From an uncultured Verrucomicrobiota bacterium (GTDB lineage: Bacteria > Verrucomicrobiota > Kiritimatiellia > CAIQIC01 > Lenti-01): a stretch of DNA of 64,000 bases. The stretch spans positions 3,473 to 67,472 of the forward strand of contig CAYMTY010000012.1 of assembly GCA_964393515.1 (NCBI GenBank), in the 5' to 3' direction. Shown here one piece after another: positions 27,401-38,100 of this stretch; within the stretch, counting starts at the first letter, position 1, and each line of letters opens with the position of its first letter. The notes beneath the pieces were generated by a model. It had not been told where the DNA came from. It saw only the letters and a list, made by a program, of their open reading frames with translations, and did no database searches. A program made the position numbers and the translations under genes.

Positions 27401-30400
27401 CGTGCGCACGTGCAGTGCGCCGGGGATGTACGTGCCGTACTCCATGTCCGGATTGCGCACGGCCGCCCGGTCTTCCGCATGCACCCCCTGCTGGAAGTCG
27501 AAGTTGAAATAGCTCACCAGGCCGCTTTCGCTGCCGTACAGGTTCTGCTTCATGGCGCTGCGGACTTCCTCGGTCGTGAGCGCGTTGTTCCAAATGCGGA
27601 CTTCGTCGATGTCGCCCGCAAGGCCGCGGCCGATCTCCACGGGACCGTCCAAAATGCGGATTGACAGGTCCGTGTAATCCGTCCCGATCGAAATCGGCAC
27701 CAGCAGGCTGTTCTGGATGGCAGACAGTTCACCGTCGATGTACAGGGTGGTGTTCATCTCATCCCGCGTGTAGGCCACGTGATGCCATTTGCCGTCGTTC
27801 ACCGGCTTGGCCGAGATCAGATTGTTGATCGAGGTGTTAACAACCACATCGCCAACGGTCACGACCCCGTTGGTATCCGTGTCCGTTTCGCGCCATTGGA
27901 TTGCAAACCGGCCGACCAGCCGGCCGCCCTCGCCGACGGTGAGGGCGTAGTTGAAATCGTCGGTTTCGCCGATGACATTCCCCGTGTTCACGCGGGAGAT
28001 GATGGCGCCGGCGTCGTCCGAAGTGCGCACCCAGCATTCCAGGGTCCAGGTCTGCAACTGGTCGCGGGCCGTGTTGGGGGCCGCCACTTCGCGCAGATGC
28101 CCCTGGTCGCCCACGACGCGCAGCAGGCCGGAATCGGCAGCGGCCACCCCGAAGAGCAGATTGCGGCGGCTGAATTCCTGGATGTCCACGTCCCGGCGGC
28201 CGATCTTCCAGATCCGCACGTCCTTCAGACGGCCCACGAAGCCATTGCCGCCGAAATAGGTATCGCCCGGGCCCTGGGCCGGATCATAGCTGGTGATCTG
28301 GGAGCGGACCACCTGGCCGTTGATGAACAAGCCCAGGCTGCCATCGGAGAGGCGCCCGGCCAGATGCACCCACTGATTCGTCTCCAGCGGGAGGTTCACG
28401 GTCAGTTCCGTGAGGTTGGCGTCGTTGAAGTGGTTGAAGCGGACATAGGGTACGATCTGGTTGCTGCCGTTGTTGCGGATGCCCAGTTCGTAGTTGAGCC
28501 AGTTGCTGCAGCGCACGGTGCGCTGCACGAGCGGCTGATCCACGCCCAGCGGCGGCACGGCCTCCGGCTGGACGAAGCATTCGATCGTCCACTCCTCGGC
28601 GCCCAGGTGTTCCGTGTCCACGCCCCGGACCCGGTCCGCCACCACGATTTCGCCCGCGCCGCCCGAGGCCCCGAAGCGGAGCGCCTTCATTTCGTAGGGA
28701 ATCATGGAATAGGCCGGATCGGTGGCGGCCGCGAGTTCCCCGTTGTCGTCCAGGCCGGAATCATCGGTGTCCCGGCGGTCCACCCGGCTGCCGTGGTGGG
28801 CCTGTTCATCCCGGCTGATCAGCGTATCGCCGTCGTGATCCTCATTGCCGTCACCGGTGCCATTGCCGTTGCTGTCGGCCAGCACCGGATTCAGGGACGG
28901 CAGGCCCAGCGCCTGGTTCATGAAGCTGATTCGCCATTCATTCAGGTTGGTCAGGCCGTCGCCGTCGGGATCGTCGTCGGGCTCGTCCTCCTCGGTCTGC
29001 GCCAGGAACCACTCCTCCCACCAGACGGGCATGTCCTCTTCCGAATCCACGAACGAGTAGTTGAAGGGCGTGATGGCGGTCGCGAACGTTGCGGCGTCGA
29101 AGGCCACGCCGGTGAGGGCGTAGTCCCAGTTCCGGAACTGGGTGTAGTCCTCCGCCAGCAGGCCGCCGTCGTCGAAGGGATAGAAGGCGAAGTCCTCCGC
29201 GGCATCATCGGTGACAATGGCGGTGAGGATCTGGGACAGTTCGGAGCCGCCCGGCGCCGGGAAGAAGGTGCCGCCGGTTCCGGTGGCAATGCGCTCCAGT
29301 TCGAACGTGCTGCCGGCCAGGATCGAGGAGCCGAAGCCCACGGTGTTGACCTTGGCGCCCAGCGTCACGAGCTGGGCCAGATCCGTGTCCGTCGGCACGC
29401 CCGAGTTGGGCACGCCGTCCGAGATCAGGATGCCCACGTATCCGCCGGGGGCTTCGCGACCCGAGATGATTTCGATCATCTTGGACACGGGCGCGCTGTA
29501 GCTGGTGTTCCCGATCGGGACCAGGGAATCGACCAAGGTCTTCAACGTGTCCCGGTCGGCGGTGAACTCCTGGACCATCTGGACTTCGTTGTCGAAGGTG
29601 ATGATCGCCATGGAAGCGCCCTTGGGCATGGAATCGATGGCGACCGTGGCGGCCTCCTTGGCCTGGTCCATGCGGCTTTCCGCGGCCATGCTGCCCGAGA
29701 CGTCGATCATCAGGACGTAGTCGGCCGAGGGCATACCGCCGCCCAGCAATTGGCGGCCGATGAACACATCGTCGATCCGGCCGGTGATGTTCTCCCCGAT
29801 GTAGGTGGCGCCCCGCCCCGTGATGCAGGGCGCGGCGACGTTCAGGGCCGCCACGACGCAATCATCGACCAGGAGCCGCAGAATGTGGTTGGACGGGCTC
29901 CACTCGGCAATCACGGCGGAGAACCGGTCGGTCGGCAGCGGGTCGGTGCCGCTGGCCGTGTAGGTCGCCATCAGGGGGTTGTTGAAGCGCACAAAGGGGA
30001 CGTTGTTATTCAGGCCCAGTTCGAAATGGATGCCGCCGCCCTCCACGTCCCGCCGGATGAGGGAGCCGGTCTGGGCGGCATCGGGCTTCACCATGGCCGC
30101 CAGATGCCACTGGGCAAGGTTTTCGAAACGCTGCGGGGTGAGATCGTCTTCAAGCACCCGCTGGGGCTCCGGAACCAGCACGGGGGTTCCGTCCAGCACC
30201 AGGCTGCGGTCCACCTGCGGGCTCCGCGAATAGATGCCGGAGGTGTTCTCGGTGACCTCCAGGTCGTCCCGGCGGCCATCGTCGTCCGTGTCGGAATTGT
30301 CCGGATCGGTGCCCCAGGTCCAGATTTCCGCCGCATTGGCCAGGGTGTCGCCATCGCTGTCCCATTCGGCGTCGGTCAGGCGGCCGGTGGGATCCTGGGA

Positions 30401-33400
30401 GTACATGCCGTGCGGATCGCTGCCGATGCGGAATTCCCAGTAGTTGCTGAGGCCGTCCCCGTCGGGATCCTCTTCGGCCACGGAAGCGCCGCGCGGATCG
30501 AACCCGTGTTCGAGGTACCACCAGTCCGGGATGCCGTCGCGGTTGGAGTCATAGCTCATGCTGGCACCGGCGCCGGCGCCGTCCCACAATTCGACCGCGG
30601 CGTCCGCCCGGGCGTCGCGCAGGGGCAGCAGATCGTTGAAGAGCGAATTGTCCCGGGTCGTGAAGACCAGGTGTTCCTGGTTCAGGGCGTCCGGGTGGTT
30701 CTCCAGCCATTCGGTGGCGCCGTGATAGTAACCCATATTGTAGGGATTGGCGCTGTTGGGGAAGTCGCGCTGCTGCTGGATCACGGTGGTCACGTTGGTG
30801 GCCACGTTGGTGACCGTCACCACGTCGCCGTCCGTGTTGGTGGTGGAAGTCGTGGTGATCTCCAGGTTGGTGACCTGGACGGGGACCATCATCTGGTTGT
30901 AGGGCGAATCGGGCGGCGGATCGAGCGGGAAGCGCGCGGCGATGTTGGCGATCCACGGCACATAGTGGTAGTTGTCATACACCGTGGACCGGTCGAGGGC
31001 GGTTCCCCACCACGGCACGTTCGGATAGGAGCCGTCGTTTGGCCGGCCGTTCAAGAGCTCGAAGCCGGCGGGCGCGACGCCTTCGCCCGCGGTCAGCGGG
31101 TCCATCAGGTTGTTGAAATTGTAGAGGTACATCAATTCCGGCGCGGCGGGGGTGTCGGTCACCGCGGCGCGGTTGGCGATCACATCGTCCAGGTCCATCT
31201 TCGCCATGCGCTCCTGCGCGATCTGGGCGCTGGTTTTCGCGCCGTTCCAGATGCGCACTTCATCCACCCAGCCTTCGAAGTAATTCGACAGGTCCGGCTG
31301 GGTCAGGACGGTCCCGGCATAGTACCCGACGAGGATCGGCGTGCCCGACACCCAGCCGTCCGGATTGTTTTCTTTCGCGCCCACCACGATCGGCGCGGAA
31401 AACACAAAGGCGGGATTCCCGGTGAACCAGCCGTTGGCGGGCCGTTCGGCGCTGGCCACGCTGGCGCGCATTTCCCCGTCGATGTACAGATACAGGCGCT
31501 TGGCGGTCCCGTCATACACCCCGGCCAGGTGATACCAGCGATCGGCCTGCAGGGCGTAGGCGCTGGCGGCCTTGGCTTCCACGTAGAGCGCGTCGTAGCC
31601 CAGCCCGTTGTAGGCGACATACGGCTGCCCATTGGCATCCAGGGCCAGCCGGAAATTGAGCCGGTTGCCTTCCGGGAAGCCCATGAGATTGCCGTTGGGC
31701 ACGGTCATCGGCCGTTCCAAGATGACCTGCATCTCGCCCTTGGCCGGATTGACGGCCCGGACCCAGGTCTCGATGGTGAAGGTGGTCATGGCGTAGGCGG
31801 GATGGAGGAACCGGCCGCGGGTGCGGGCGGCGGCATCGCCGTCGAGATACAGGGCGCGCCGGCGCGGCGGCGATTCCACGTTCAGCGGATCCGTGCTGCC
31901 CGGGCTGGTGGGCGTATGCACGAGTTCGGCCCGGTCACCCAGCATGTCGCTGTCCGAGTCAAAGCCTTCGCTGGAGGCAAACGAGAACATATAGGACGGC
32001 GGCGGACGAATCGTCGAGCCCCAATACCAGTAATTCAGCAGGTTGCCGAGGCCGTAATACAGGTTCACCCAGCTGAGCTGGTAGCTGGTGTCCCGGACCC
32101 ACAGCGGCGAAGGGCTGGTGTGGTAGTAGGCCGGAGCCGGGACATTGGCCTGAATGGATTCATCCGAGTTGGGCAAGCCGTCCTGGTCCGGGTCGGCAAA
32201 CGGGGAACCGGCGACAAAGGGCCACAGGCGGATGTCGAAGGTGGGCGGTACTCCGGCAAAGACCGTGGCGCCGAGGACCATGGACTGGTGGATGTCCAGC
32301 GTCCCGTACATGGGATTCAAGCCGTGATAGATCTCCCAGAAATCATCCATGCCGTCCCAGTCGGTATCGGCGACGCGCGGGCTGGTGGCCGTGTACCGGT
32401 TGTTGACGTGGTTGATGTAATAATAGTCGTAGGTGTTCTGCTGGCTGTTCCAATCCCAGGGGAACGGCGTGCCGCCGAAGAACAGCATGGGGTCGTAGCT
32501 GCCCAGCGGTTGGTTGGCGATCCATTCCGTATAGCGCCAGTGGTGCACGGACCCGCTCAGGTACTCCTGGTAGTTGACCAGCCCGTCGTCGTCATAATCC
32601 GCCGGGGCGTCCTTGTGGGTGCCGTCCATGCCGTTGCGGCCGTCCAGGTCGGTGATGTCATAGATCGTCGAGCGGTAGCGGGCCTCCCAGTGGTCGGGGA
32701 TGGCGTCGCGGTCCGTGTCGGCTGTCGTGGGGTTGAGGCCGCAGCCGATGTAGCAGCTGTTGTTCCAGTTGATGACGCCCCCGGCGTACTTGAGGACGGC
32801 CAGGCTGCCTTCCGCGTCCTCGCCGCCCGGGAGATCCTTGTCGCTGTAGCCGCCCTCGCCGCCGTCGATCAGGCCGTCGCCGTCGGTGTCGTCCACATTG
32901 GGATCGGACGGCCAGACCTTGTTGAGCCAGGCCATGTCGAAATGGGTCCGGCCGTTGGGCCAGCTCGCTCCGCGGGTCAGATTGATGTCGTAGGCGCTGA
33001 ATTCCTGGAAGGCGTTCAAGCCGTCCGCATCCCCGTCCACAATGGCGTCGTCCTGGTTCACGGGATTGAGCCCCACATAGAGCTCCCAGCCGTCGAAAAT
33101 CCCGTCGGTATCCGTGTCGATGCTCAACGGATTCACGGCAAAACTGTTGAAATTGGCGCAGGAAAACCCGCCCTGGAGGAAGCCCAGGTAGAGGGTGGCC
33201 AGGAATTTCTCGCGGTTGTTGAAGGGCTGCGTGTTTTCCTGGCCGGAGAGGGCCCGGACCGTCCCGCGCGTCAGATAATTTTCACCCCAGCCGGTGCGGG
33301 GGTCGAATCCCAGTTCGTCGTACACCTGCCGGTGGCGGAATTCGGAAACGCCGTCGTCGTAATAGGCCATGTAGTCGCCGGAGGGATTGCGGGTGCCGTC

Positions 33401-34495
33401 GGCCGGATCAATGGGCTTGAGGCCCATCCGGATTTCAAAGCCGTCGGCGATCTCATCCGCATCCGTGTCCCAGTGGAAAGGATCGGTACCAGCGAGGAAT
33501 TCATCCCGGAGGCCGGCGCAATCGCCATCCAGATCCTCCGTCGGGTCCACGACCAGCTCAAAGCCGAAGGTGGCCAGCATGGCGGGATTGAGCAGCGGCA
33601 GCGTCGGGATGGCCCAGCTCACGGTGGGATCGAAGGAGGGCACATCGAGCGCCACCCCCTCGAGCAGGAGGGTGACGCCATCATTGAGCAAGCTGCCGTA
33701 GAAATAATACTTCCAGCCGTCGGAGATCCCGTCGCCGGCGGTGCTGAGCAGCGTCGGGTCGGTGCCGGGATCGTCATTGAAACCAGTGAGGGCATTGAAG
33801 CCGTACCAGCCGTCGAAGCCGCGGGCCTGGAACCAGTTGTTGAAGGGAATCGTGCCGATGTAATAGTCGGGCGGCCGCACCCCCGTGACGGGGAAGCGGA
33901 AGGGCCAGTCGGTATTGATCACGGCCGGATAGGCCCCGGACGCGAACTGGTTCATGGTGCCGGGAGTCCACCCGCCCGGCATGGTGTCGCCGGAGGGATT
34001 TCCCGTGCGCCCGTCGTTGCCGGTCGCCTTCTTGTGGTTCAGGCCGTACTTGTATTCCCACTTGTCCGGCAGGCCGTCGAGGTCGACATCGCCCACCCCT
34101 TCCCCGGGATGGTATTCCCGGCTGAAGAGAATGGTGATGTCCTTGTCTTCATCCAGGGTCAGTTGGATGCTGGTCAGGTTGATATGGGGTCCCTCGCCGA
34201 GATGCTCGGGAATGTCCCCGCCCCATTCGCAGACGAAACTATCATAGGGCCCCACCGGGGTCGGCGTCAACGTAATGGTGACGAGATCGCCTTCCACATA
34301 GGGGCCGGCCGGATTGACGACATACGTACCGGTACCCACCCCTTGCAATCCCTGATAGTCGGCCGGCAGCACCGTGATGGCCAGGGATACGGGATCCTGC
34401 GCGACGGCAGGTTGAATCCCCGCCACGACCAGCAGGGCAAGTGCCCCGAGGCAAACCGAAACGACGCTGAAGGGTGTCCGTTTGTTTTTCATCAT
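24464..34495 (-). CDS. Giant (3343 aa) secreted multidomain protein: multiple LamG/concanavalin-A-like lectin domains, a VWA domain with MIDAS, many thrombospondin type-3-like Ca-binding repeats (DxDxDGxxD), and a C-terminal beta-domain
   Basis: Signal peptide MMKNKRTPFSVVSVCLGALALLVVAGIQPAVAQ. LamG-type signatures end in ...VDEVRIWN (at least four occurrences). VWA: MIDVSGSMAAESRMDQAKEAATVAIDSM...ISDGVPNSG. TSP3-like: DTDGDGINDADE, DSDGDGYSDGVE, DPDGDGLTNLNE and many more. Both antisense giant ORFs in the track (24230..27208 + and 27779..34939 +) are GC artefacts. Confidence 0.85.
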   Translation of the reverse strand: MMKNKRTPFSVVSVCLGALALLVVAGIQPAVAQDPVSLAITVLPADYQGLQGVGTGTYVVNPAGPYVEGDLVTITLTPTPVGPYDSFVCEWGGDIPEHLGEGPHINLTSIQLTLDEDKDITILFSREYHPGEGVGDVDLDGLPDKWEYKYGLNHKKATGNDGRTGNPSGDTMPGGWTPGTMNQFASGAYPAVINTDWPFRFPVTGVRPPDYYIGTIPFNNWFQARGFDGWYGFNALTGFNDDPGTDPTLLSTAGDGISDGWKYYFYGSLLNDGVTLLLEGVALDVPSFDPTVSWAIPTLPLLNPAMLATFGFELVVDPTEDLDGDCAGLRDEFLAGTDPFHWDTDADEIADGFEIRMGLKPIDPADGTRNPSGDYMAYYDDGVSEFRHRQVYDELGFDPRTGWGENYLTRGTVRALSGQENTQPFNNREKFLATLYLGFLQGGFSCANFNSFAVNPLSIDTDTDGIFDGWELYVGLNPVNQDDAIVDGDADGLNAFQEFSAYDINLTRGASWPNGRTHFDMAWLNKVWPSDPNVDDTDGDGLIDGGEGGYSDKDLPGGEDAEGSLAVLKYAGGVINWNNSCYIGCGLNPTTADTDRDAIPDHWEARYRSTIYDITDLDGRNGMDGTHKDAPADYDDDGLVNYQEYLSGSVHHWRYTEWIANQPLGSYDPMLFFGGTPFPWDWNSQQNTYDYYYINHVNNRYTATSPRVADTDWDGMDDFWEIYHGLNPMYGTLDIHQSMVLGATVFAGVPPTFDIRLWPFVAGSPFADPDQDGLPNSDESIQANVPAPAYYHTSPSPLWVRDTSYQLSWVNLYYGLGNLLNYWYWGSTIRPPPSYMFSFASSEGFDSDSDMLGDRAELVHTPTSPGSTDPLNVESPPRRRALYLDGDAAARTRGRFLHPAYAMTTFTIETWVRAVNPAKGEMQVILERPMTVPNGNLMGFPEGNRLNFRLALDANGQPYVAYNGLGYDALYVEAKAASAYALQADRWYHLAGVYDGTAKRLYLYIDGEMRASVASAERPANGWFTGNPAFVFSAPIVVGAKENNPDGWVSGTPILVGYYAGTVLTQPDLSNYFEGWVDEVRIWNGAKTSAQIAQERMAKMDLDDVIANRAAVTDTPAAPELMYLYNFNNLMDPLTAGEGVAPAGFELLNGRPNDGSYPNVPWWGTALDRSTVYDNYHYVPWIANIAARFPLDPPPDSPYNQMMVPVQVTNLEITTTSTTNTDGDVVTVTNVATNVTTVIQQQRDFPNSANPYNMGYYHGATEWLENHPDALNQEHLVFTTRDNSLFNDLLPLRDARADAAVELWDGAGAGASMSYDSNRDGIPDWWYLEHGFDPRGASVAEEDPDGDGLSNYWEFRIGSDPHGMYSQDPTGRLTDAEWDSDGDTLANAAEIWTWGTDPDNSDTDDDGRRDDLEVTENTSGIYSRSPQVDRSLVLDGTPVLVPEPQRVLEDDLTPQRFENLAQWHLAAMVKPDAAQTGSLIRRDVEGGGIHFELGLNNNVPFVRFNNPLMATYTASGTDPLPTDRFSAVIAEWSPSNHILRLLVDDCVVAALNVAAPCITGRGATYIGENITGRIDDVFIGRQLLGGGMPSADYVLMIDVSGSMAAESRMDQAKEAATVAIDSMPKGASMAIITFDNEVQMVQEFTADRDTLKTLVDSLVPIGNTSYSAPVSKMIEIISGREAPGGYVGILISDGVPNSGVPTDTDLAQLVTLGAKVNTVGFGSSILAGSTFELERIATGTGGTFFPAPGGSELSQILTAIVTDDAAEDFAFYPFDDGGLLAEDYTQFRNWDYALTGVAFDAATFATAITPFNYSFVDSEEDMPVWWEEWFLAQTEEDEPDDDPDGDGLTNLNEWRISFMNQALGLPSLNPVLADSNGNGTGDGNEDHDGDTLISRDEQAHHGSRVDRRDTDDSGLDDNGELAAATDPAYSMIPYEMKALRFGASGGAGEIVVADRVRGVDTEHLGAEEWTIECFVQPEAVPPLGVDQPLVQRTVRCSNWLNYELGIRNNGSNQIVPYVRFNHFNDANLTELTVNLPLETNQWVHLAGRLSDGSLGLFINGQVVRSQITSYDPAQGPGDTYFGGNGFVGRLKDVRIWKIGRRDVDIQEFSRRNLLFGVAAADSGLLRVVGDQGHLREVAAPNTARDQLQTWTLECWVRTSDDAGAIISRVNTGNVIGETDDFNYALTVGEGGRLVGRFAIQWRETDTDTNGVVTVGDVVVNTSINNLISAKPVNDGKWHHVAYTRDEMNTTLYIDGELSAIQNSLLVPISIGTDYTDLSIRILDGPVEIGRGLAGDIDEVRIWNNALTTEEVRSAMKQNLYGSESGLVSYFNFDFQQGVHAEDRAAVRNPDMEYGTYIPGALHVRTVDQAPLENFYPLRVYALTALVGYYPADDGGATLENLIYQNNWDYAGRLVGDVAFEVLSQQNQPFLSDSDGDGLPDGWETLYGLDPNSERGNDGAYGDPDRDGLTNLAEYLAGTNPTDWDSDGDGFSDYDSNDPLCVGNCLSFGEYFMDGDLIPDAWEIIYADVLSPLVNDAGTDPDGDGWHNLAEYLGTGFDLTVVEGVTNRMAVGPTRPDDPDSYPVPPVTFTFLGDAAATLSAEAPLVVWAYSDLAMRRPDARTVIPLEGLFANGSTCTVTNWDVGHLRQGNNIFMAFIDANGDGKWNAGGTAGEAEWLGFSEGFAQSGVENIQWGSADVRVTLTDKPAGYIRFSWEQDLAKIAAALAQVNSTTYIVSIQQIGGSIIYSAVRDLESMDRPFITEMDFRQAGVAPLYGNYKWAVVGGAPPSDGSIVMTGTNVFASGSNSIWYAASLAAPSILSPTNMTLPHARNRLQLRLSKNAAQVTVQIQRGGTTFLSFTVPAPVVNNAGIAEMDLPWLAGWGTFTNGDYAIRVSALNPRVSSGTASAPFSVNLQPAPVGAGTIRGKIGYFGTNTGVRVVEAFAGAGFDQTPAARVRAAADGSYTLLGLRAGAYHVRGFLDRNSNGMLDVGEPWGFLKGEPSGGIILARKANPKGSTGSQLPYALEFSVKTLALTSQGSVPGQNLLIYNSLAYWKNNVDSDGDGLTDEAELALGTNPMRWDSDFDGLNDRAELEIYGTNPANPDTDGDTLLDGWELTYQACAGLDPRDPADGTADADGDNLSNALEQANGTNPCDADSDDDGLQDDWEVRYRLNPLVPTGDDGPDGDPDGDTLPNAQERDLGTDPRMADTDGDGINDADEVVVRRTNPLMWDSDGDGYSDGVELAAGSDPNNRFDRPPSGITAGTVITRIEKTATGAVVTYNVTEVNPAGNSAVVEFMVNEDLTDGAGWTGVGVQRAVSAATTGLTDTVVDPDADGTLFIRLRSK

Positions 34496-34541
34496 TTGCT
34501 CCTGGCAGAGACGGCCCGACTGGTAAACATGGTCCTACAAA

Positions 34542-35045
34542 TCATGGCTCTTCTTCCAAAACGTCCTGTGTCTCGGCGGCGCCGGCCGGCCGGCTCAACG
34601 CGCGCAATTCATCCAGCAGGGCGGTCTCCTGCTCGCGCAAGGCACGCCACTGCTCATCCGCGCCCACCTGGGCTTCCAACTGCAGGCTTTTCTCCCGCAG
34701 CTTCTGCCGCGATTCTTCTATTTCCCGGACCAAGGCGCGCGCGCCTTCGCCGGCCTCGATTTGCTGGCGGCGCTGGAAGACGTCCCGGCGGACGGCGATC
34801 AACTGCGTGCGCAACTGGTCCAGGCGTTCGGTCCGGGCTTCCGGCGAAAGCGCCGGTGTCTCGGCGGCAACCGCCTCGACTGCCGGTGGCGGGGCCGCGG
34901 GTGGCGCTTCCGGCGGCGGGGCTTCCGCCGGTGCGATAACCGGAACGCAGGCAACGCAAAGCGCGATCAAGCCACAGCGCACGGTTCCCGCCCCGAGGCG
35001 GGTGCGCCGGCAGAGTTCCGGCCGAAAAAACAGCGTAGCGATCAT
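34542..35045 (-). CDS. Small secreted acidic coiled-coil protein (partner 1), 46 bp upstream of the 3343-aa gene
   Basis: From ATG 35045: MIATLFFRPELCRRTRLGAGTVRCGLIALCVACVPVIAPAEA (signal), then a Pro/Ala/Glu linker, a coiled-coil heptads segment (LDQLRTQLIAVRRDVFQRRQQIEAGEGARALVREIEESRQKLREKSLQLEAQ) and an acidic tail. The track start at 35153 is unsupported. Confidence 0.5.
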   Translation of the reverse strand: MIATLFFRPELCRRTRLGAGTVRCGLIALCVACVPVIAPAEAPPPEAPPAAPPPAVEAVAAETPALSPEARTERLDQLRTQLIAVRRDVFQRRQQIEAGEGARALVREIEESRQKLREKSLQLEAQVGADEQWRALREQETALLDELRALSRPAGAAETQDVLEEEP

Positions 35046-35166
35046 CTGTTCAATCCTAGGTCTTGTTGGGTTCCTTGTCAACGGCGGCAAATCGCCGCGC
35101 CGGCCCGCCGCAACCGCGGGAAGCGTCAGAAACCGGCTGCATTTCATTTCCATGATCTCCGCGGGA

Positions 35167-38100
35167 TTAAGGCAGGCGGACCGGGCGGAAGAACAGCCAG
35201 GGGACGTTCACATCGAGGTTGGTAAAGACTTGCAGGCCGGAGGTGGCGACGGCCACTTCCGAACCCGGTATCGTCATCCAGGGGGCCGACACCAGGTTGG
35301 AGGTCACCTGCACGGCATACGTCATGCCGGCCGAGCCCATCCACGTGAAGGTGAAGGGCGCGGCGGGCTGGAGGTTCCGCACGTACAGGGGGGCATCGGT
35401 CGGATCCGCGGGGTCGGTTCCAGCCGCCACCTCCTCGCCGTCGGTGTACCCGTCGCCGTCCGTGTCGGCCACCTGCGGATTCAGGCGCAGGCGGTATTCG
35501 CCGATGTTCAGGAGCAGGTCGCCGTCGTCGTCCTCCATGGCATCCAGCGGATTGGTGGGATCCAGGTCATGGAGCAGTTCGTAGGTGTCGTCGATGCCGT
35601 CGCCGTCGCCGTCCAGGACGGCTTCGAGCTGCAGCAGCCGGTGGTTCCAGGTGTCGGCCACGTAGATTGCCCCCGAGTCGAGGGCGGGCGCGGCGTCGTG
35701 CGGGAACTTGACTTCGCCGTCCCCGCTGCCGTACTGCCCCAGGGCGCCCACCGGAGTGCGGGAGGGATTCAACACCTGGATCCGGTGATTGGAGGTGTCG
35801 GCCACATAGAGGCGGCCGCCCGCCCCGAGCTGCAGATCCATGGGCTTGTTGAACTGCCCCAGGCCGTTTCCGGCCGTGCCCGTCTTCCAGAGGAAGGCCC
35901 CGCCGCCGGAGAAGCCCTGGAGGCGGTCATTGTCCGTGTCGGCCACATAGACGATGCCGTCGGCGTCCACCGCGATGCCCTGCGGGGATTTCAGCTGGCC
36001 GTTCGCGGTGCCGTACGCGCCGAAGGCGAACTGGAAGTTGCCTTCCGGATCGAAGACCTGCACGCGGTGGTTGTCCATGTCGGCCACGAAGAAGCGGCCC
36101 AGCGGATCGATGGCCACGTCGCGGGGGTTCTTGAACTGGCCGTTGGCGCTGCCGTAGGACCCGAATTGGCGTTCGAAGGCGATCTGGCCGGTCCCGGGAT
36201 AGAAGGTGAACACCTGGATGCGGTGATTGGCGGAATCGGCCACGGCGAACCGGTCGGCATTGGGATCCTTCCCGAGGCCGTACGGCGAGGCGAACTGCCC
36301 GGCCCCCGTGCCGTTGGCCCCGTAGTTGCGGACATGGGCGAGCGTGGCGCGGTTCCAGACGGAGATCCGGCTGTTTTCGCGGTCCAGGACGAACACGAAG
36401 GCCTCGGTCAGGAACAGGCGGGTCGGGAACCGGAACTGGCCGGTGGCCGTGCCGTAGTCGCCCACGGCCTGCTGCTGCGTCCAGCCCGCCTCCAGCGGCA
36501 GGATGGGCTGATGGGGATCCATTCCGTTGAGAACGCAATAGCCGTCGGGGATCGAATCCCCGTTGCTGTCCGGCAGGGCCCCGGGCGTTCCCGGATAGCC
36601 CAGCACGCGGTCGACCACCCAGGTGCCGAAATCGTGGGTTTCGCCGGCCGAGAGGTCCAGCGCGTACAGCCCGGAATCCCCGTAGGCGACGGAATCCACG
36701 AACGTCGCGGCGTCCCAGGCGCGGACGTAGACGTTGCGGACCGGGGTCGTGGGCATCAGGTCGTGCTGGAAGTTTTCATCAAAGCGGCCGTGTTCGGGCA
36801 GCCATTCATAGCCCACGCCGATCCGGCCGTGGTTCCGGCCGAACGGGAACGTGAGCAGGATGACATCGTCGCCGGTGGTCTGGCCGTCGGTCCGCGGCGC
36901 ATTGATGGCTCCGTCCGGGCCGGCGTAGACCAGTTGGAAGAGGCTGGCGTCGGGCCCGCCGGTGCCGGACAGGTACTGGCCCATCCAGTTCTGCACGCCG
37001 GTGGTGGACTGCGCGCGCAGGGTCGGCCGGGCCACCTCGAAGCTGACCGCCACGGTCCGCACATCGGCGCCGGGATAGTTCCCACGCACGAGCAGCACGG
37101 CCTGGTGGGTGCCGATCGCAAGGCCGGCGGACTCGGCCCGTACCGTCACCGGCAGCGAGCCGCCGGAGAACCCGGCGGTCTCGGGGGTGACGTGCAGCCA
37201 GGCGACCGGTTCCCGCAGCTCGTTCTCGACCAGGCCCTGCAACACATCCTGCCAGACGCCCCGCTGATTCCATTCCCCGGCATCCAGGTTCCCGTTCCAA
37301 AGAACGACCACGCCGCCCTCGGCAGTGACACGACGCATGATCTTGGAGGCGCCATCCACTTCAAAGAAGGAGGCGACGGTCTCGGCCGCATCGGGCGTGG
37401 CTTCGTCGTAGATCCTGGGCGCAACGGCCACGCGGTCGCCCGGCTGGATGGCGACCCAGTTGGTGTCGATCGGCAGCGCCTGGGCGAGCACGGCCACCGT
37501 CCCCGTGCTGGCCGCGCGGTCCAGCGAGTCGGCGCCGACCAGGCCGCACATGCGCCGGTCATCCGGCCGGGTCAGGACGTTGGCCCCCACTACGATGAGC
37601 TTGCCGCCCCGGGCAAGGAAGGTGTTGAACAGGGTTTCCTCCGCCGCCGACAGCAGGCGGCCGGTTCCGGCGGTTCCGCCGAGGTCCAGGATGACGAGGT
37701 CCTGGGGCAGAACAACTTCTTCGTCGGTGGAATGCAGTCCGGTCTGCACGCCGTCCGCCACGGCCAGGTTGTTCGACCACAGCGCCACCGTCCAGCCCAG
37801 CGCCTGCAGCACCGGCTGCAGCGGAGCCAGGTTGTTCCGGTCGGAGATCAGCCCGATCCGGCGCGGCTGGGAGCTCAGGATCCTGAACTGGAACGAATCC
37901 GCGGCGGGATTGTCGAGCAGCAGTTCCAGCTCCTGGTCCTGCCCGGCCTGGACCGCGAATTCCAGCTGGGTGGCGCCGAAGGCGACCTCCGGCCGGCGGA
38001 GGGAGAAATGAGCCGTCTGATTGCCGCCGGCAATGGTGCACACGGTCGCCGCGGACTTTTCATGGGATTCACCCAGGGCGCGGACGCGGTAGACGCCATC

